DNA of 64,000 nt from Candidatus Latescibacterota bacterium (GTDB lineage Bacteria; Latescibacterota; UBA2968; UBA8231). The stretch spans positions 352,001 to 416,000 of the forward strand of contig OZ241867.1 in the NCBI GenBank assembly GCA_965203175.1. Reading direction: 5' to 3'. Shown one piece after another: positions 27,015 to 37,461 of the stretch; the first letter of the stretch is position 1, and each line of letters begins with the position of its first letter. The translations under genes were made by a program, and so were the position numbers. The notes beneath the pieces were generated by a model, which saw only the letters and a program-made list of their open reading frames with translations, had not been told where the DNA came from and ran no database searches.

Positions 27015-28795
27015 GCACCGAACTCAACAAAGAAGAAGAAATCCAGGAACGCGCCTTCAACTTGGGGCTGACGCTGCAACTGTTGGGGTATCTCAAGCCC
27101 CACCGCGGGCACGTAATCCTCGCCTTCGGCACCATTGCCCTCGCCGCAGGCTTCGGCCAGATCGGTCCCTATCTAACGCAGGTGGCGGTGGATGACTACA
27201 TCGCCGTCGGCGACTGGGTGGGCTTGCGGTGGATGATCGCGGCCTTCTTTGGCAGCGTTGCCGTGCAGTACGGTGCCCAATACGCCCAGACCTTGGTCAC
27301 CGGCATGATCGGCCAGCGCGTCATGTACGACATGCGCCGCGATCTCTTCGCCCATCTGCAAAAGCTGCCGCTGCGCTACTTCGACCGCACGCCGCTGGGC
27401 CGGGTTATGACCCGCGCCACCAACGACATCGACGCCCTCAACGAGTTTTTCAGCGAGGGCGTCGTCTCGGTCTTTATGGACCTGTTCACCCTGCTGGCCA
27501 TCGTCGGCTTCATGGCCTATATCGACATCGAGCTCGCCCTGATCTGCTGCACAGTGGTTCCAGTCATCGCCGTCTCGACCTTCTACCTGCAGGGCCTAGC
27601 CATGCGCGCCTATCGCGAGTTGCGCACGCGCTTGGCGCGGCTCAATGCCTATTTGCAAGAGAATATCACCGGTGTGGAGGTGGTGCAGCTCTTCAACCGC
27701 CAGCAGCGCAATTTGCGCGACTTCGACGCCGAGCACCTACCCTATCGCCGCGCCGAGGACCGCGAAATTCACTGCTTTGCCGTCTTCTTTCCCCTCACCG
27801 AATTACTCGGCACTGTCGGCATGGTGCTGGTGCTGTGGTACGGGGCTTCGGACGTGATCGACGGCCGCATTGAGCTGGGGGTGCTGGTGGCCTTTCTCCA
27901 GTACATCCGCCGCTTCTTCCGCCCGATTATGGACATCTCCGACCGCTATGCCCTGCTACAGAGCGCCATGGCCGCGTCCGAGCGCATCTTCGAACTGTTG
28001 GCCGTCCCCGGCGAACCCACCGGCGGACCGCGGCGCAATCTGCCCGTGGCCAGCCGAGGCGGGCAGATTGAATTCCGCAACGTGTTCTTTAAATACGATC
28101 CAACAGCCGAAGACTGGATTCTCAAGGATGTCTCGTTTGAACTACAGGCCGGGCAGAGCATGGCATTGGTCGGGGCCACTGGTTCGGGCAAGACCACCAT
28201 CGTCAACCTCCTCTGCCGCTTCTACGACATCCAGCGCGGAGAAATCCTCGTCGATGGCCGCGACGTGCGCCAATGGCACGCCGCGGAATTGCGCCGTCGC
28301 ATCAGCATCGTCCAGCAGGAGGTCTTCTTATTTTCTGGGAATATCAGCGGCAACATCCGCCTCGGGGAGGACGCCATCGACGACGCCCAAGTCGAGCGCG
28401 CGGCCCGCTACGTCAACGCCGCGCCCTTCATCGAACGCCTCCCCCAAGGCTACGCCCACGCCGTAGCCGAAGGCGGCTCGACCCTATCGGCCGGCCAGCG
28501 CCAATTGTTGGCCTTTGCCCGAGCCTTGGCCTTCGACCCGGAAATCCTCGTCCTCGACGAGGCCACCTCCAGCATCGACACCGAGACCGAACAACTCATC
28601 CAAGACGCCATCGCCAAGCTGATGAGCGAGCGCACCTCCATCGTCATCGCCCACCGCCTCTCTACCATTCGCAGTGCCGACCAGATCTTGGTGATGCACC
28701 GAGGCGAAGTGCGCGAGCGGGGCCGCCACGAAGACCTCTTGCTCCAAGACGGCATCTATGCGCGGCTCCACCGCCTCAACTACGGCCGCTCTTAG
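27011..28795 (+). CDS. ABC exporter, fused permease/ATPase (MdlB-like half)
   Basis: GATGSGKT, LSAGQ, LVLDE; 4-bp overlap with partner. Confidence 0.92.
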   Translation: MSTELNKEEEIQERAFNLGLTLQLLGYLKPHRGHVILAFGTIALAAGFGQIGPYLTQVAVDDYIAVGDWVGLRWMIAAFFGSVAVQYGAQYAQTLVTGMIGQRVMYDMRRDLFAHLQKLPLRYFDRTPLGRVMTRATNDIDALNEFFSEGVVSVFMDLFTLLAIVGFMAYIDIELALICCTVVPVIAVSTFYLQGLAMRAYRELRTRLARLNAYLQENITGVEVVQLFNRQQRNLRDFDAEHLPYRRAEDREIHCFAVFFPLTELLGTVGMVLVLWYGASDVIDGRIELGVLVAFLQYIRRFFRPIMDISDRYALLQSAMAASERIFELLAVPGEPTGGPRRNLPVASRGGQIEFRNVFFKYDPTAEDWILKDVSFELQAGQSMALVGATGSGKTTIVNLLCRFYDIQRGEILVDGRDVRQWHAAELRRRISIVQQEVFLFSGNISGNIRLGEDAIDDAQVERAARYVNAAPFIERLPQGYAHAVAEGGSTLSAGQRQLLAFARALAFDPEILVLDEATSSIDTETEQLIQDAIAKLMSERTSIVIAHRLSTIRSADQILVMHRGEVRERGRHEDLLLQDGIYARLHRLNYGRS

Positions 28796-29046
28796 GCCGC
28801 CTCTTCCTCCTGTGGGGCCTTCTTTTCGAACCGCGCCGTCACCCCGTTCACAGCCTTCACCACTTGGTCGCGCGTTTCTTCGGCTTGGTCCTTGATCAAG
28901 CGCCGGGTGTCCTCGCCCTTGTTCGGGGCCAGTAACACACCCACGGCTGCGCCAACCGCGACGCCAGCCACAAAACCGGCCAAGAGACACGTCATGCCGT
29001 CGGTCGCGGTCGAATTGTTCCTCGGATAAATTTTTTCGTAGAACAT
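28792..29046 (-). CDS. YtxH-domain protein
   Basis: GVAVGAAVGVLLAPNKGEDTRRLI; RBS AAGGAG. Confidence 0.85.
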   Translation of the reverse strand: MFYEKIYPRNNSTATDGMTCLLAGFVAGVAVGAAVGVLLAPNKGEDTRRLIKDQAEETRDQVVKAVNGVTARFEKKAPQEEEAA

Positions 29047-29184
29047 GTCAAAGCTCCTTTAGCTTATGGATGTGATTGCTATCTATCAAAGAAAATAAAG
29101 TGTGTTGAATAAAACCAATGCTATTTTTATACTCTAAGGCTAAATCCTTCCCTCTTCCCCCCCGCCAACGCTGAGAGGACTTCC

Positions 29185-30666
29185 ATGGCCCAAGTCCTGA
29201 GCACCCCTTCGCACAGCCTCAAAGAATTTCGCATTCTGCCTGGGTACACGCCCACCGACGGCAACGCGCCCAACGCGTCGCTCAAAACCCGGCTCTGCCG
29301 CAAGGGGGACGACTTTCTCTATCTGCACGTGCCCTTTCTCAGCGCCGCCATGCAGGCCGTAACTGGCGGCGAAATGGCCATTGCTTTGGCCCAGCTAGGC
29401 GGCATCGGCATCCTGCCCGTCAGCCAGCCCATTGACGAGCAGTGCGCCAAGGTCGGCCAAGTCAAGCGCTTCAAGGCCGGCTTTCAGACCGATATTCTCA
29501 CCTTGGCCCCTGAGCAACCCATCGCCGAGGTCGTCGAGATCATCTACCGCACCGGCTATACGACCTTCCCGGTCACCACCAGCGGCCAGTTCCACGACCA
29601 GCTCCTCGGCATCCTCACCGACAAGGACTTCGACGAGCGCCGCGACCTCGACTGCCAAGTGGCCTCCCGCATGAAAACCGATGTGCAGGCCGGCCGCGAA
29701 ATAAGCGACCTCAAGGCCGCCAACGAGCTGATGATCCGCTATGGCCGCGGCTTCCTGCCCATCCTGTCCAAGGGGGGCGTGCTACAAGCAGTCGTCTTCA
29801 AAAAGGACCTCGACAAGCACCTGCGGCATCCCAACGAATCCATCGACGAAAAGAAGCGCCTGCTCGTCGGCGCGGCCGTCTCCACCCACCCGGAGGACCG
29901 CGAGCGAGCCGAAGCCCTCATCGCGCAAGAAGTGGACGTGCTGGTCATCGACGCCTCCGACGGCCACACCGAGTACCAGCGGCAGATGATCCAATTCCTC
30001 AAGGAGCGCACCGACGCCCCAGTCATCGGCGGCAACGTCGTCACGGCCGAGGGATTTCGCTTCTTGGCCGAGGCCGGTACCGACGCCATCAAAGTGGGCA
30101 TGGGGATCGGCTCGGGCTGCATTACGCAGGAAGTCAAGGCCACCGGCCGCGGCCAAGGCACGGCCTTGATGGAAATCAACGCGGCGCGCAACCAGTGGCA
30201 GCAGGATTGCAACGCGTACTTGCCCATCATCGCCGACGGCGGCATCTCGGGTCCAGCCGAGATCGCCGTGGCCATGGCCTTGGGTGCCAACGCCGTGATG
30301 ATGGGGCACTTCTTCGCCGGCTACACCGAAAGCCAAGGCAACCTCGTGCGCACCGCGGCTGGCGATGTTGTCAAAGAGTACTGGATGGAAGGTTCGCTGC
30401 GCGCTCACAACATGCGGCGCTATGCACAGACGCGAGAGAATTTCTTCGAGGAGGGCATCTCCGGTTACGTGCCCCACATCGGTTCGATGCACGACAAATT
30501 GCCGATCCGCATCCAGATGCTGCGCGCCACCCTTGCCACGGCTGGTTGCCGCACCATCGACGAGCTACACGAAAAGGCCGTGCTCGAAATGCAGTCGCCC
30601 ACCGCGCTGATGGACAGCCAGATCCACGACATCGTTCCCACCCAGACCGACCAGCAGGTCCTCTAG
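29185..30666 (+). CDS. guaB: IMP dehydrogenase
   Basis: SAAMQAV, CBS pair, IDASDG, GNVVT, KVGMGIGSGCIT, IADGG. Confidence 0.92.
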   Translation: MAQVLSTPSHSLKEFRILPGYTPTDGNAPNASLKTRLCRKGDDFLYLHVPFLSAAMQAVTGGEMAIALAQLGGIGILPVSQPIDEQCAKVGQVKRFKAGFQTDILTLAPEQPIAEVVEIIYRTGYTTFPVTTSGQFHDQLLGILTDKDFDERRDLDCQVASRMKTDVQAGREISDLKAANELMIRYGRGFLPILSKGGVLQAVVFKKDLDKHLRHPNESIDEKKRLLVGAAVSTHPEDRERAEALIAQEVDVLVIDASDGHTEYQRQMIQFLKERTDAPVIGGNVVTAEGFRFLAEAGTDAIKVGMGIGSGCITQEVKATGRGQGTALMEINAARNQWQQDCNAYLPIIADGGISGPAEIAVAMALGANAVMMGHFFAGYTESQGNLVRTAAGDVVKEYWMEGSLRAHNMRRYAQTRENFFEEGISGYVPHIGSMHDKLPIRIQMLRATLATAGCRTIDELHEKAVLEMQSPTALMDSQIHDIVPTQTDQQVL

Positions 30667-30669
30667 GCT

Positions 30670-31359
30670 ATGCGCGTACTCATTACCAACGCCGCTACCT
30701 CGCTCGGCCAAGCCCTAGCCAATGGCCTCGGCGACGAACACCAACTGCGCTTGACCGACCCCGAGCCTAGATTCGAGATTCAGTGCGATCTGGGGCACGA
30801 CTCAGAGACCGACGCGCTCGTCAAAGACATCGACATCATCGTCCACCTCGCCTACGCGCCGCGCGACGGCGACGGCGAGATCACTTGGCTGGACCGCAAT
30901 ACGCGCGGCACGTACAATCTGCTCTTGGCCGCGGCCGCCGCGAAGGTCGAACACGCCATTCTCTTGAGCACGCTCGACCTTTTTGCCCCATACGAAGACG
31001 ATCTCACTGTTGACGAGACTTGGAAACCACTACCCTCCTGCGCGCCGGCTGTTCTCGGCGCTCACCTAGCCGAGTTTACGGCCCGCGAATTTGCCCACAG
31101 CCACGAACTCCACATCACCATTGCCCGCCTTGGCCACCTCGTCCGCGCCGAAGAGGTCGCCGACCAGCCCTACGATTCCATGTGGCTCGACGAGCGCGAC
31201 GCCGTCCAAGCCGTGGCCCAGATTGTGCAAAAGGGGCCAGCCGGCCAGTACAACGCCATCCACATCCAGTCCGCGGCAACGCGCGCCCGCTTTTCCGTTG
31301 AGCGCGCCAAGAGCCACCTAACGTTCGATCCCCAATACAACTTTGAGGCCAACCCATGA
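30670..31359 (+). CDS. NAD-dependent epimerase/dehydratase-family protein (degenerate motifs)
   Basis: MRVLIT..IIVHLA..NTRGTYNLL; lacks GxxG and YxxxK. Confidence 0.75.
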   Translation: MRVLITNAATSLGQALANGLGDEHQLRLTDPEPRFEIQCDLGHDSETDALVKDIDIIVHLAYAPRDGDGEITWLDRNTRGTYNLLLAAAAAKVEHAILLSTLDLFAPYEDDLTVDETWKPLPSCAPAVLGAHLAEFTAREFAHSHELHITIARLGHLVRAEEVADQPYDSMWLDERDAVQAVAQIVQKGPAGQYNAIHIQSAATRARFSVERAKSHLTFDPQYNFEANP

Positions 31360-32090
31360 AAGTTTTGCTCCTCGGTGGCAATGGCTTTCTCGGCCCGCAC
31401 GTGGTTAGGCAACTTCAGGACACCTACGAGTTGCGCATCACTGACATCGTGCCAATCGACAGCCCCCACGAGACCATGCAGGTGGACGTCTCCGATCTCG
31501 ACCAAGTGCGTCGCGCCACCGAAGGCACCGACGTAACCATCAACTGCTCAGTACTGCGCCACGACCGCAAGATCGCCTTTGACGTCAGTACCACCGGCAC
31601 GTACAACGGCATCCGCGCCGCCGTCGAGAACGGCCACACCCGCTTCGTCAACACCGGGCCCCACTTTACCCAAGCCGGGCCCTCGTACGAGCACTACGAT
31701 TTCGACATCAACGAGGAAGTCCCCCTGCATTCGGGCGTCGGCCTCTACGCCCACACCAAATCGCTCGGCCAAGAGATTTGCCGCGTATTCGCCGCCAACC
31801 ACCCCATCCACGTACTCACCACCCTCTTTCTGAGCTTTCGCGACGCCGAGCCGTCAGCCGAGCAACTCGGCAGCGGCACCAATCCCTTTTCCGTCACCTT
31901 TCCCGACGCCGCCCGCGCCCTGCAAAAGTGCCTAGAGGTGGACTTGGCGTCCCTGCCTTCGCGCTGCGAGATTTTTCACATCACCACGGACACACCCCAC
32001 GGCCGCTACAGCAACGCCAAGGCCCGACGCCTGCTGGGCTGGGTGCCGCAAGACCTGTTAGAGGGCTACTGGCGCAAGCCGCAAGGCTAG
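31356..32090 (+). CDS. NAD-dependent epimerase/dehydrogenase (uronate dehydrogenase-like SDR)
   Basis: GGNGFLG, YAHTK. Confidence 0.85.
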   Translation: MKVLLLGGNGFLGPHVVRQLQDTYELRITDIVPIDSPHETMQVDVSDLDQVRRATEGTDVTINCSVLRHDRKIAFDVSTTGTYNGIRAAVENGHTRFVNTGPHFTQAGPSYEHYDFDINEEVPLHSGVGLYAHTKSLGQEICRVFAANHPIHVLTTLFLSFRDAEPSAEQLGSGTNPFSVTFPDAARALQKCLEVDLASLPSRCEIFHITTDTPHGRYSNAKARRLLGWVPQDLLEGYWRKPQG

Positions 32091-32093
32091 CCT

Positions 32094-33119
32094 ATGCCCA
32101 CGGCCTGCGCACAGGTATTCGACGGCCTAGACCATCCGCTGCGCTGCGAAAGTCTGCCACTGCCCGATTCCCTCGCGCCCGGTGAAGTGCTCGTCGAGAT
32201 CGGCCTAGCCACGATCTGCGGCTCCGACCTCCACACGCTGTCCGGCCTGCGCACGGAGCCCACGCCACTGATCCTCGGCCACGAAGCCGTCGGTCGCATC
32301 GTCGCCTCGCAGCGCCCCGACTTCTCGCTGGGCGACCGCGTAAGCTGGAGTATTGCCGACAGTTGCGGTACTTGCGTGCCCTGCACAGAACATCGCTTGC
32401 CGGAAAAATGCGACGCGCTCTTCAAATACGGCCACGCCACCCTCACCGACGGCAGCGGACTCAACGGTTGTTACGCCACGCATCTGCTCATTAGACCCGG
32501 CACCCACATCGTCAACGTGGACGACTGCTTGCCCGACTCCGCAGTCGCCCCGGCCAACTGCGCTTTGGCCACTGCGGTCAACGCCATCGCAGTGCTGCCC
32601 ACCCACTGCCACAGGGTTCTGGTCCAAGGAGCCGGTCTGCTCGGCCTCTATACGTGCGCCCTGCTCGCCGAGCGCGGTATCGAGCAAATCTACTGTACCG
32701 ACATCGACGCAGACCGCCTAGCGCTGTCCAGCGAATTTGGCGCTATACCCGTGACTGATCCGCCACCGGAAGGACTCGACGCCGTTTTTGAAGTCGCCGG
32801 CAACGCGGACTTGATCCCCTCGGGGGTCGCGGCCCTGCGCCCGGGCGGCAGCTACGTCTTCGTCGGCATGGTCCATCCCAACACCCGGCTAGAGTTGACC
32901 GGCGAACAGATCATTCGCAAGTGCCTGACGATCCGCGGCGTCCACAACTACAGCCCGCACCATCTCGACGAGGCGCTCGCCTTTCTCGCCCGCACCGCCG
33001 ATCGCTACCCGTACTCATCGCTGGTCAGCGCCCCCTTTGCCCTCGCCGAGCTAGCGCAAGCCATCGCCTTGGCCGAAACCCGCCAGCACATCCGCGTCGC
33101 CGTTGATCCCAGCGCATGA
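32094..33119 (+). CDS. Zn-dependent alcohol dehydrogenase, phosphonate-catabolism-associated type
   Basis: CGSDLH, GHE, structural Zn cysteines, KYGH..LNGCYATH, APANCALAT; adjacent to phnA. Confidence 0.85.
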   Translation: MPTACAQVFDGLDHPLRCESLPLPDSLAPGEVLVEIGLATICGSDLHTLSGLRTEPTPLILGHEAVGRIVASQRPDFSLGDRVSWSIADSCGTCVPCTEHRLPEKCDALFKYGHATLTDGSGLNGCYATHLLIRPGTHIVNVDDCLPDSAVAPANCALATAVNAIAVLPTHCHRVLVQGAGLLGLYTCALLAERGIEQIYCTDIDADRLALSSEFGAIPVTDPPPEGLDAVFEVAGNADLIPSGVAALRPGGSYVFVGMVHPNTRLELTGEQIIRKCLTIRGVHNYSPHHLDEALAFLARTADRYPYSSLVSAPFALAELAQAIALAETRQHIRVAVDPSA

Positions 33120-34333
33120 TTCAAGTCAATGACCGGGGCTATCGCCCGCGCGAAAAAGCCATTGTCGGCATCTGCCTCGACGGCTGCTCTCAGGCCTACC
33201 TCGACGAAGCTGCTGCTCAGATGCCCAATCTCCGTTCGATCATCGAGCGCGGCGTCCACGGCCAAGTCCACACCGTCATTCCCTCTTTCACCAATCCCAA
33301 CAACGTTGCCATCATCACGGGTGCGCCGCCGGCCATAAACGGCATTCCCGGCAATTTCTACTACGATCTAGACGCCGAGGCGGAAGTGATGATGAACGAC
33401 CCCTGCTTCCTGCGCGCCCCCTCGATCCTCGCCGCCTTCCATCAAGCCGGCCAACAAGTAGCTGCCATCACCACCAAAGACAAGCTGCGCCTGCTTTTGG
33501 CCCACGGCTGGCACGGCATCAATTTTTCTGTCGAAAAAGCGCACGAAGCCGCGCCGTCCACCCACGGCATCGCCGATGTCCTCGACCTAGTCGGCCGGGA
33601 AAACCCCGGCATCTACGATCCCGAAGCCAGCGTGTACTGCATCGAGGCTGGCGCGCGTCTGCTCGAGCGCTACGACCTCGACCTGCTCTACCTTTCGACG
33701 ACCGATTTCGTCCAGCACAAGTGGGCACCCGGCGAGCCGGAGGCCAATGCCTTCTACGCGCGCCTCGACCGCTTTATCGGCGCGCTCGACGCCCAAGACA
33801 TTATCTTGGGCATTACCGCCGACCACGGCATGAACGCCAAAACCAAGGCCGACGGTTCGCCCAAGGTGCAGTTTATCGAGACCCAACTCGTCGCCGCCGG
33901 CATCGCCGAAGCTAGGGTCATTCTGCCCATCACCGACCCCTATGTGGTCCACCATGGCGCGCTAGGCTCCTACGCCACCGTCTATATCGACGACGCGCAC
34001 ACCGAACGAGCCACCGCGGTTCTCCGCGCCATTCCCGGCGTCGAACAGGTACTCAGCCGCGAGCAAGCGGTCGCCACCTATCAACTCCCCCCTGACCGCA
34101 TCGGCGAACTGGTCGTACTCGCCGACCAAGACACCGTCCTCGGCCGCACTCCCGACTGGCACGAACTCGCCGATGTCGCCGAGGGCCTGCGCTCGCACGG
34201 CGGTCTGCACGAAGGCGTGGTGCCCATGATCTGCAATAGACCGCTGACAGATGAATACGCCGAGTTGTTGGCCTCGGGCCGAGCACGCAACTGGGATCTT
34301 TTTGACTTTCTTTGCAATGGAGTCCTAGCCTGA
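33116..34333 (+). CDS. phnA: Phosphonoacetate hydrolase
   Basis: ICLDGC, PSFTNPNN, STTDFVQHK, TADHGMNAK, LPITDPYVVHHGALGS, LRSHGG. Confidence 0.95.
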   Translation: MIQVNDRGYRPREKAIVGICLDGCSQAYLDEAAAQMPNLRSIIERGVHGQVHTVIPSFTNPNNVAIITGAPPAINGIPGNFYYDLDAEAEVMMNDPCFLRAPSILAAFHQAGQQVAAITTKDKLRLLLAHGWHGINFSVEKAHEAAPSTHGIADVLDLVGRENPGIYDPEASVYCIEAGARLLERYDLDLLYLSTTDFVQHKWAPGEPEANAFYARLDRFIGALDAQDIILGITADHGMNAKTKADGSPKVQFIETQLVAAGIAEARVILPITDPYVVHHGALGSYATVYIDDAHTERATAVLRAIPGVEQVLSREQAVATYQLPPDRIGELVVLADQDTVLGRTPDWHELADVAEGLRSHGGLHEGVVPMICNRPLTDEYAELLASGRARNWDLFDFLCNGVLA

Positions 34334-34376
34334 TGCGTCCTCTTCGCGCCTTGCACAACTACCGCCATCACCTACC

Positions 34377-35510
34377 ATGCCCGACCTCAAAGCGGATATC
34401 GCCGTAGTCGGCGCTGGCATCGTCGGGTTGGCCCACGCTCTTGCCGCGGCCAAGCGCGGCCACCGCGTCGTCCTCTTCGAGCGCACTCCCCAAGCCCAAG
34501 GGGCCTCTATCCGCAACTTCGGCATGATCTGGCCCATCGGCCAAGCCCCCGGCACCATTCATCAACGCGCCCTCCACACGCGCCAAATATGGCTGGACCT
34601 CGCCCCCAAAGCGGGCATCTGGAGCGCCCAGACCGGCTCCTTGCACTTGGCTTATGCCGACGACGAGAGCGCCGTGCTGGCGGAGTTTGCCGACCGCGCC
34701 CCAGCCCTCGGCTACGCAGTCGAGTTGCTCGATCGGGACGCCGTACTCGCGCGCAGCCACGCCGTGCAGCCCACTGGACTCAAAGGCGGCCTCTGGAGCG
34801 CGGCCGAACTCTGCGTCGATCCTCGCGAAGCCATCGCCAAGCTGCCAGATTACCTAGCGCGCGAGTATGGCATCACCTTCCGCTTCTCCACCCCAGTCCA
34901 CCACATCGACCTACCCCTGATCCACACGCCAGCGGAAACTTGGTCCGTTGACCGCGCCATCGTCTGCAGCGGTGCCGACTTTGAATCGCTCTACCCCCAA
35001 GTATTTGCCAGCAGCGGACTCACCCGCTGCAAGTTGCAGATGATGCGCACCGCGCCCCAGCCCGGTAACTGGCGTCTCGGGCCGATGCTCGCCGCCGGAC
35101 TTACGCTGCGCCATTACCCGGCCTTCCAGTGCTGCCAAACACTGGCCGCCTACACCCAGCGAATTGCCGCCGAGCGCCCCGAATTCGACCGCTGGGGCAT
35201 CCACGTCATGGCCTCGCAAAACGGCCTCGGCGAGATCACCATCGGCGACTCGCACGAGTACGACTGGGTCGTCAACCCGTTTGACAACCCCGCAATCGAC
35301 CAGCTAATCCTCGACTACCTCCAGACCTTCCTCGCCGCTCCAGCCCTGCACATCGCCCAGCGCTGGCACGGCATCTACGCCAAACACCCCGACCAAGCCA
35401 CTTTCATCGCCGAGCCAGCGCGCGGCGTAACCATCGTCAACGGCATCGGCGGCAACGGCATGACCACTGCTTTCGGGCTGGCCGAGGAAGTCTTCGCCGA
35501 GTGGGAGTGA
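34377..35510 (+). CDS. FAD-dependent oxidoreductase, TIGR03364-like (phosphonate-associated)
   Basis: VGAGIVGLAHA, GASIRNFG, CKLQMMR, IGDSHEY, GGNGMT. Confidence 0.88.
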   Translation: MPDLKADIAVVGAGIVGLAHALAAAKRGHRVVLFERTPQAQGASIRNFGMIWPIGQAPGTIHQRALHTRQIWLDLAPKAGIWSAQTGSLHLAYADDESAVLAEFADRAPALGYAVELLDRDAVLARSHAVQPTGLKGGLWSAAELCVDPREAIAKLPDYLAREYGITFRFSTPVHHIDLPLIHTPAETWSVDRAIVCSGADFESLYPQVFASSGLTRCKLQMMRTAPQPGNWRLGPMLAAGLTLRHYPAFQCCQTLAAYTQRIAAERPEFDRWGIHVMASQNGLGEITIGDSHEYDWVVNPFDNPAIDQLILDYLQTFLAAPALHIAQRWHGIYAKHPDQATFIAEPARGVTIVNGIGGNGMTTAFGLAEEVFAEWE

Positions 35511-35514
35511 GCCA

Positions 35515-36306
35515 ATGAGCCTCAGAGAGCGCGTCTATCACTTTATTGAGCCAGACCACGAGCCGGGGCGCATCGTCGATGTAGCCATCATCGTCCTGAT
35601 CCTGCTCAACATCGTCGCCCTGATCCTCGAAACCGTCGAGCCTATCTACAACCTCAATCGCGCAGCCTTTGAACTTTTTGAGGATTTCTCACTAACCGTG
35701 TTCGCGATTGAATACCTAGTACGCTTGTGGGCCATTACCGCCAATCCGCGGTTTTCGCATCCCGTGACCGGGCGCATTCGCTTTGTCTTGACGCCCCTCG
35801 CCATCATCGACTTCCTCGCTATCCTCCCCTTGTTCCTGCCGCCCCCGACTGTAGATGCGCGCTTTATCCGCGTAATCCGCGTAATCCGCATCTTCCGCGT
35901 CCTCAAACTGGTGCGCTACTTCCGCGCCCTGCGCTTGCTCGGCCACGTCATTGCCGATCGCAAAGAAGAGCTCGTCAGCATCTTCTTAGTGCTCCTGATC
36001 CTGTTGGCCCTCTCCTCGTCGCTGATGTATCTCGTCGAGCACGAAGACCAACCCGAGGTCTTTACCAGCATTCCGGCCACCATGTGGTGGAGCATCGTCA
36101 CCTTGACCACGGTCGGCTACGGCGACACCTATCCGATCACCGCCCTCGGCCAGACCATCGCCGCGGTCATCGCCATCTTGGGGATCGGCATGTTCGCGCT
36201 GCCGGCCGGCCTGCTCGGCGCAGGATTTGTCGACGCTCTAGCGGCTCATCGGTCAGAAGACTCAGAGCGCCGTTGCCCGCACTGCGGCGAGCCACTCGAC
36301 AAATAA
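35515..36306 (+). CDS. Voltage-gated potassium channel (6TM ion transporter)
   Basis: S4 RFIRVIRVIRIFRVLK; pore TTVGYGD. Confidence 0.93.
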   Translation: MSLRERVYHFIEPDHEPGRIVDVAIIVLILLNIVALILETVEPIYNLNRAAFELFEDFSLTVFAIEYLVRLWAITANPRFSHPVTGRIRFVLTPLAIIDFLAILPLFLPPPTVDARFIRVIRVIRIFRVLKLVRYFRALRLLGHVIADRKEELVSIFLVLLILLALSSSLMYLVEHEDQPEVFTSIPATMWWSIVTLTTVGYGDTYPITALGQTIAAVIAILGIGMFALPAGLLGAGFVDALAAHRSEDSERRCPHCGEPLDK

Positions 36307-36340
36307 AGAAGCGGCCGAGGCAAAAGCCCCGGCCGCTTCT
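36307..36340. terminator. Hairpin between convergent genes
   Basis: AGAAGCGGCCGAGGC-AAAA-GCCCCGGCCGCTTCT. Confidence 0.7.
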
Positions 36341-36361
36341 CTACGCTCATTTTTTGCGTCA

Positions 36362-37387
36362 TCAATCGAGCGGCAGTTCCACTCGCCGCCCTTCGGCCAT
36401 GCTGATCTGCACGGCCTCGGTAAATTCCATGTACTTAACCCCGTCGGCAAAGCTGGTATGCGTAACGGACCGACCATCGCGAATGGCATCGACAAAGTCC
36501 TCTTCTACCTGCCAGCCATCGCGCGGATGCTCGGGGATGTCGAAGGACTGGTACTCGTCGTCGCCCTCGCCAGCTATCCATATCCCACTCTCGTCCATCT
36601 TAAACGAGCCTTTGGTGCCGTAAAAGGCAAAGCCAAAGGAAGGGCCTAAGCGCGCGACGCTGCTCAAGTGATAGACCGCGGTCGCGCCGCTTTCCAACTC
36701 GGCGACAATGCCCAAGCTCTCCGGCACATCGGCCGGCGCTCTTTGCCCGGTCTCCTCGTCGAGCCGCTCGGTCGTAAACGTCTTGCCGTAGGCTATCACG
36801 GCCTTTTCGTGCCCGGCATAGCGCCGCACCGTCTCGTTGCCAATGCCCATCGCCATGATGTTGTTGCCCGACAGATCGCGGCGCTGCCGCCAGTGCAAAG
36901 GCGCGTCCGGAGCGTAGCCGCCAGAGAGGCCAGTGAAGTGAATTTCCAACAAGTCGCCGAAAAAACCGCTGTGCAGCTTGTCGAGCAAAAGCGGCTCGGC
37001 CGACAAGTAGAAGGGTGCCGGCACGATCATCGCCACCTTGTCCGTTTGCTGCGAGGCCGCGTACATCTGCCGCGCCTCGGCCAAATTCATGCACATCCGC
37101 GCCTCGGTCAGCACGTGCTTGCCCGCTTCGAGCCCGGCCAGCGTCATCGGACAGTGCATATAGGGCCACGTGCCGATGCAGATTGCATCTACATCATCGC
37201 TTGCAATCAGCGCCCGCCAGTCCTCAAAGACCTGTGGGATCCCGTACTCGTCGGCGATCCGTTGGCCCGATTCGCGCGAGCGGTTGCAGACCGAGGTTAT
37301 TTCGACCCCGTCAATGCCTTGAAAACCGGGAATGTGCTGCAAGCGGGTATTGGCCCCCGCGCCTATTAGTCCTATGCGAAGTGTCAC
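36362..37387 (-). CDS. Gfo/Idh/MocA oxidoreductase
   Basis: IGLIGAG; AGKHVLTEAR. Confidence 0.9.
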   Translation of the reverse strand: MTLRIGLIGAGANTRLQHIPGFQGIDGVEITSVCNRSRESGQRIADEYGIPQVFEDWRALIASDDVDAICIGTWPYMHCPMTLAGLEAGKHVLTEARMCMNLAEARQMYAASQQTDKVAMIVPAPFYLSAEPLLLDKLHSGFFGDLLEIHFTGLSGGYAPDAPLHWRQRRDLSGNNIMAMGIGNETVRRYAGHEKAVIAYGKTFTTERLDEETGQRAPADVPESLGIVAELESGATAVYHLSSVARLGPSFGFAFYGTKGSFKMDESGIWIAGEGDDEYQSFDIPEHPRDGWQVEEDFVDAIRDGRSVTHTSFADGVKYMEFTEAVQISMAEGRRVELPLD

Positions 37388-37461
37388 AGCCGTTTTCCTC
37401 CTGTGTTTGTAGTCCTAGTCGTGGATTGGCTGGCCTAAGCTAGCCGCCCCCTTCGCGCCTG

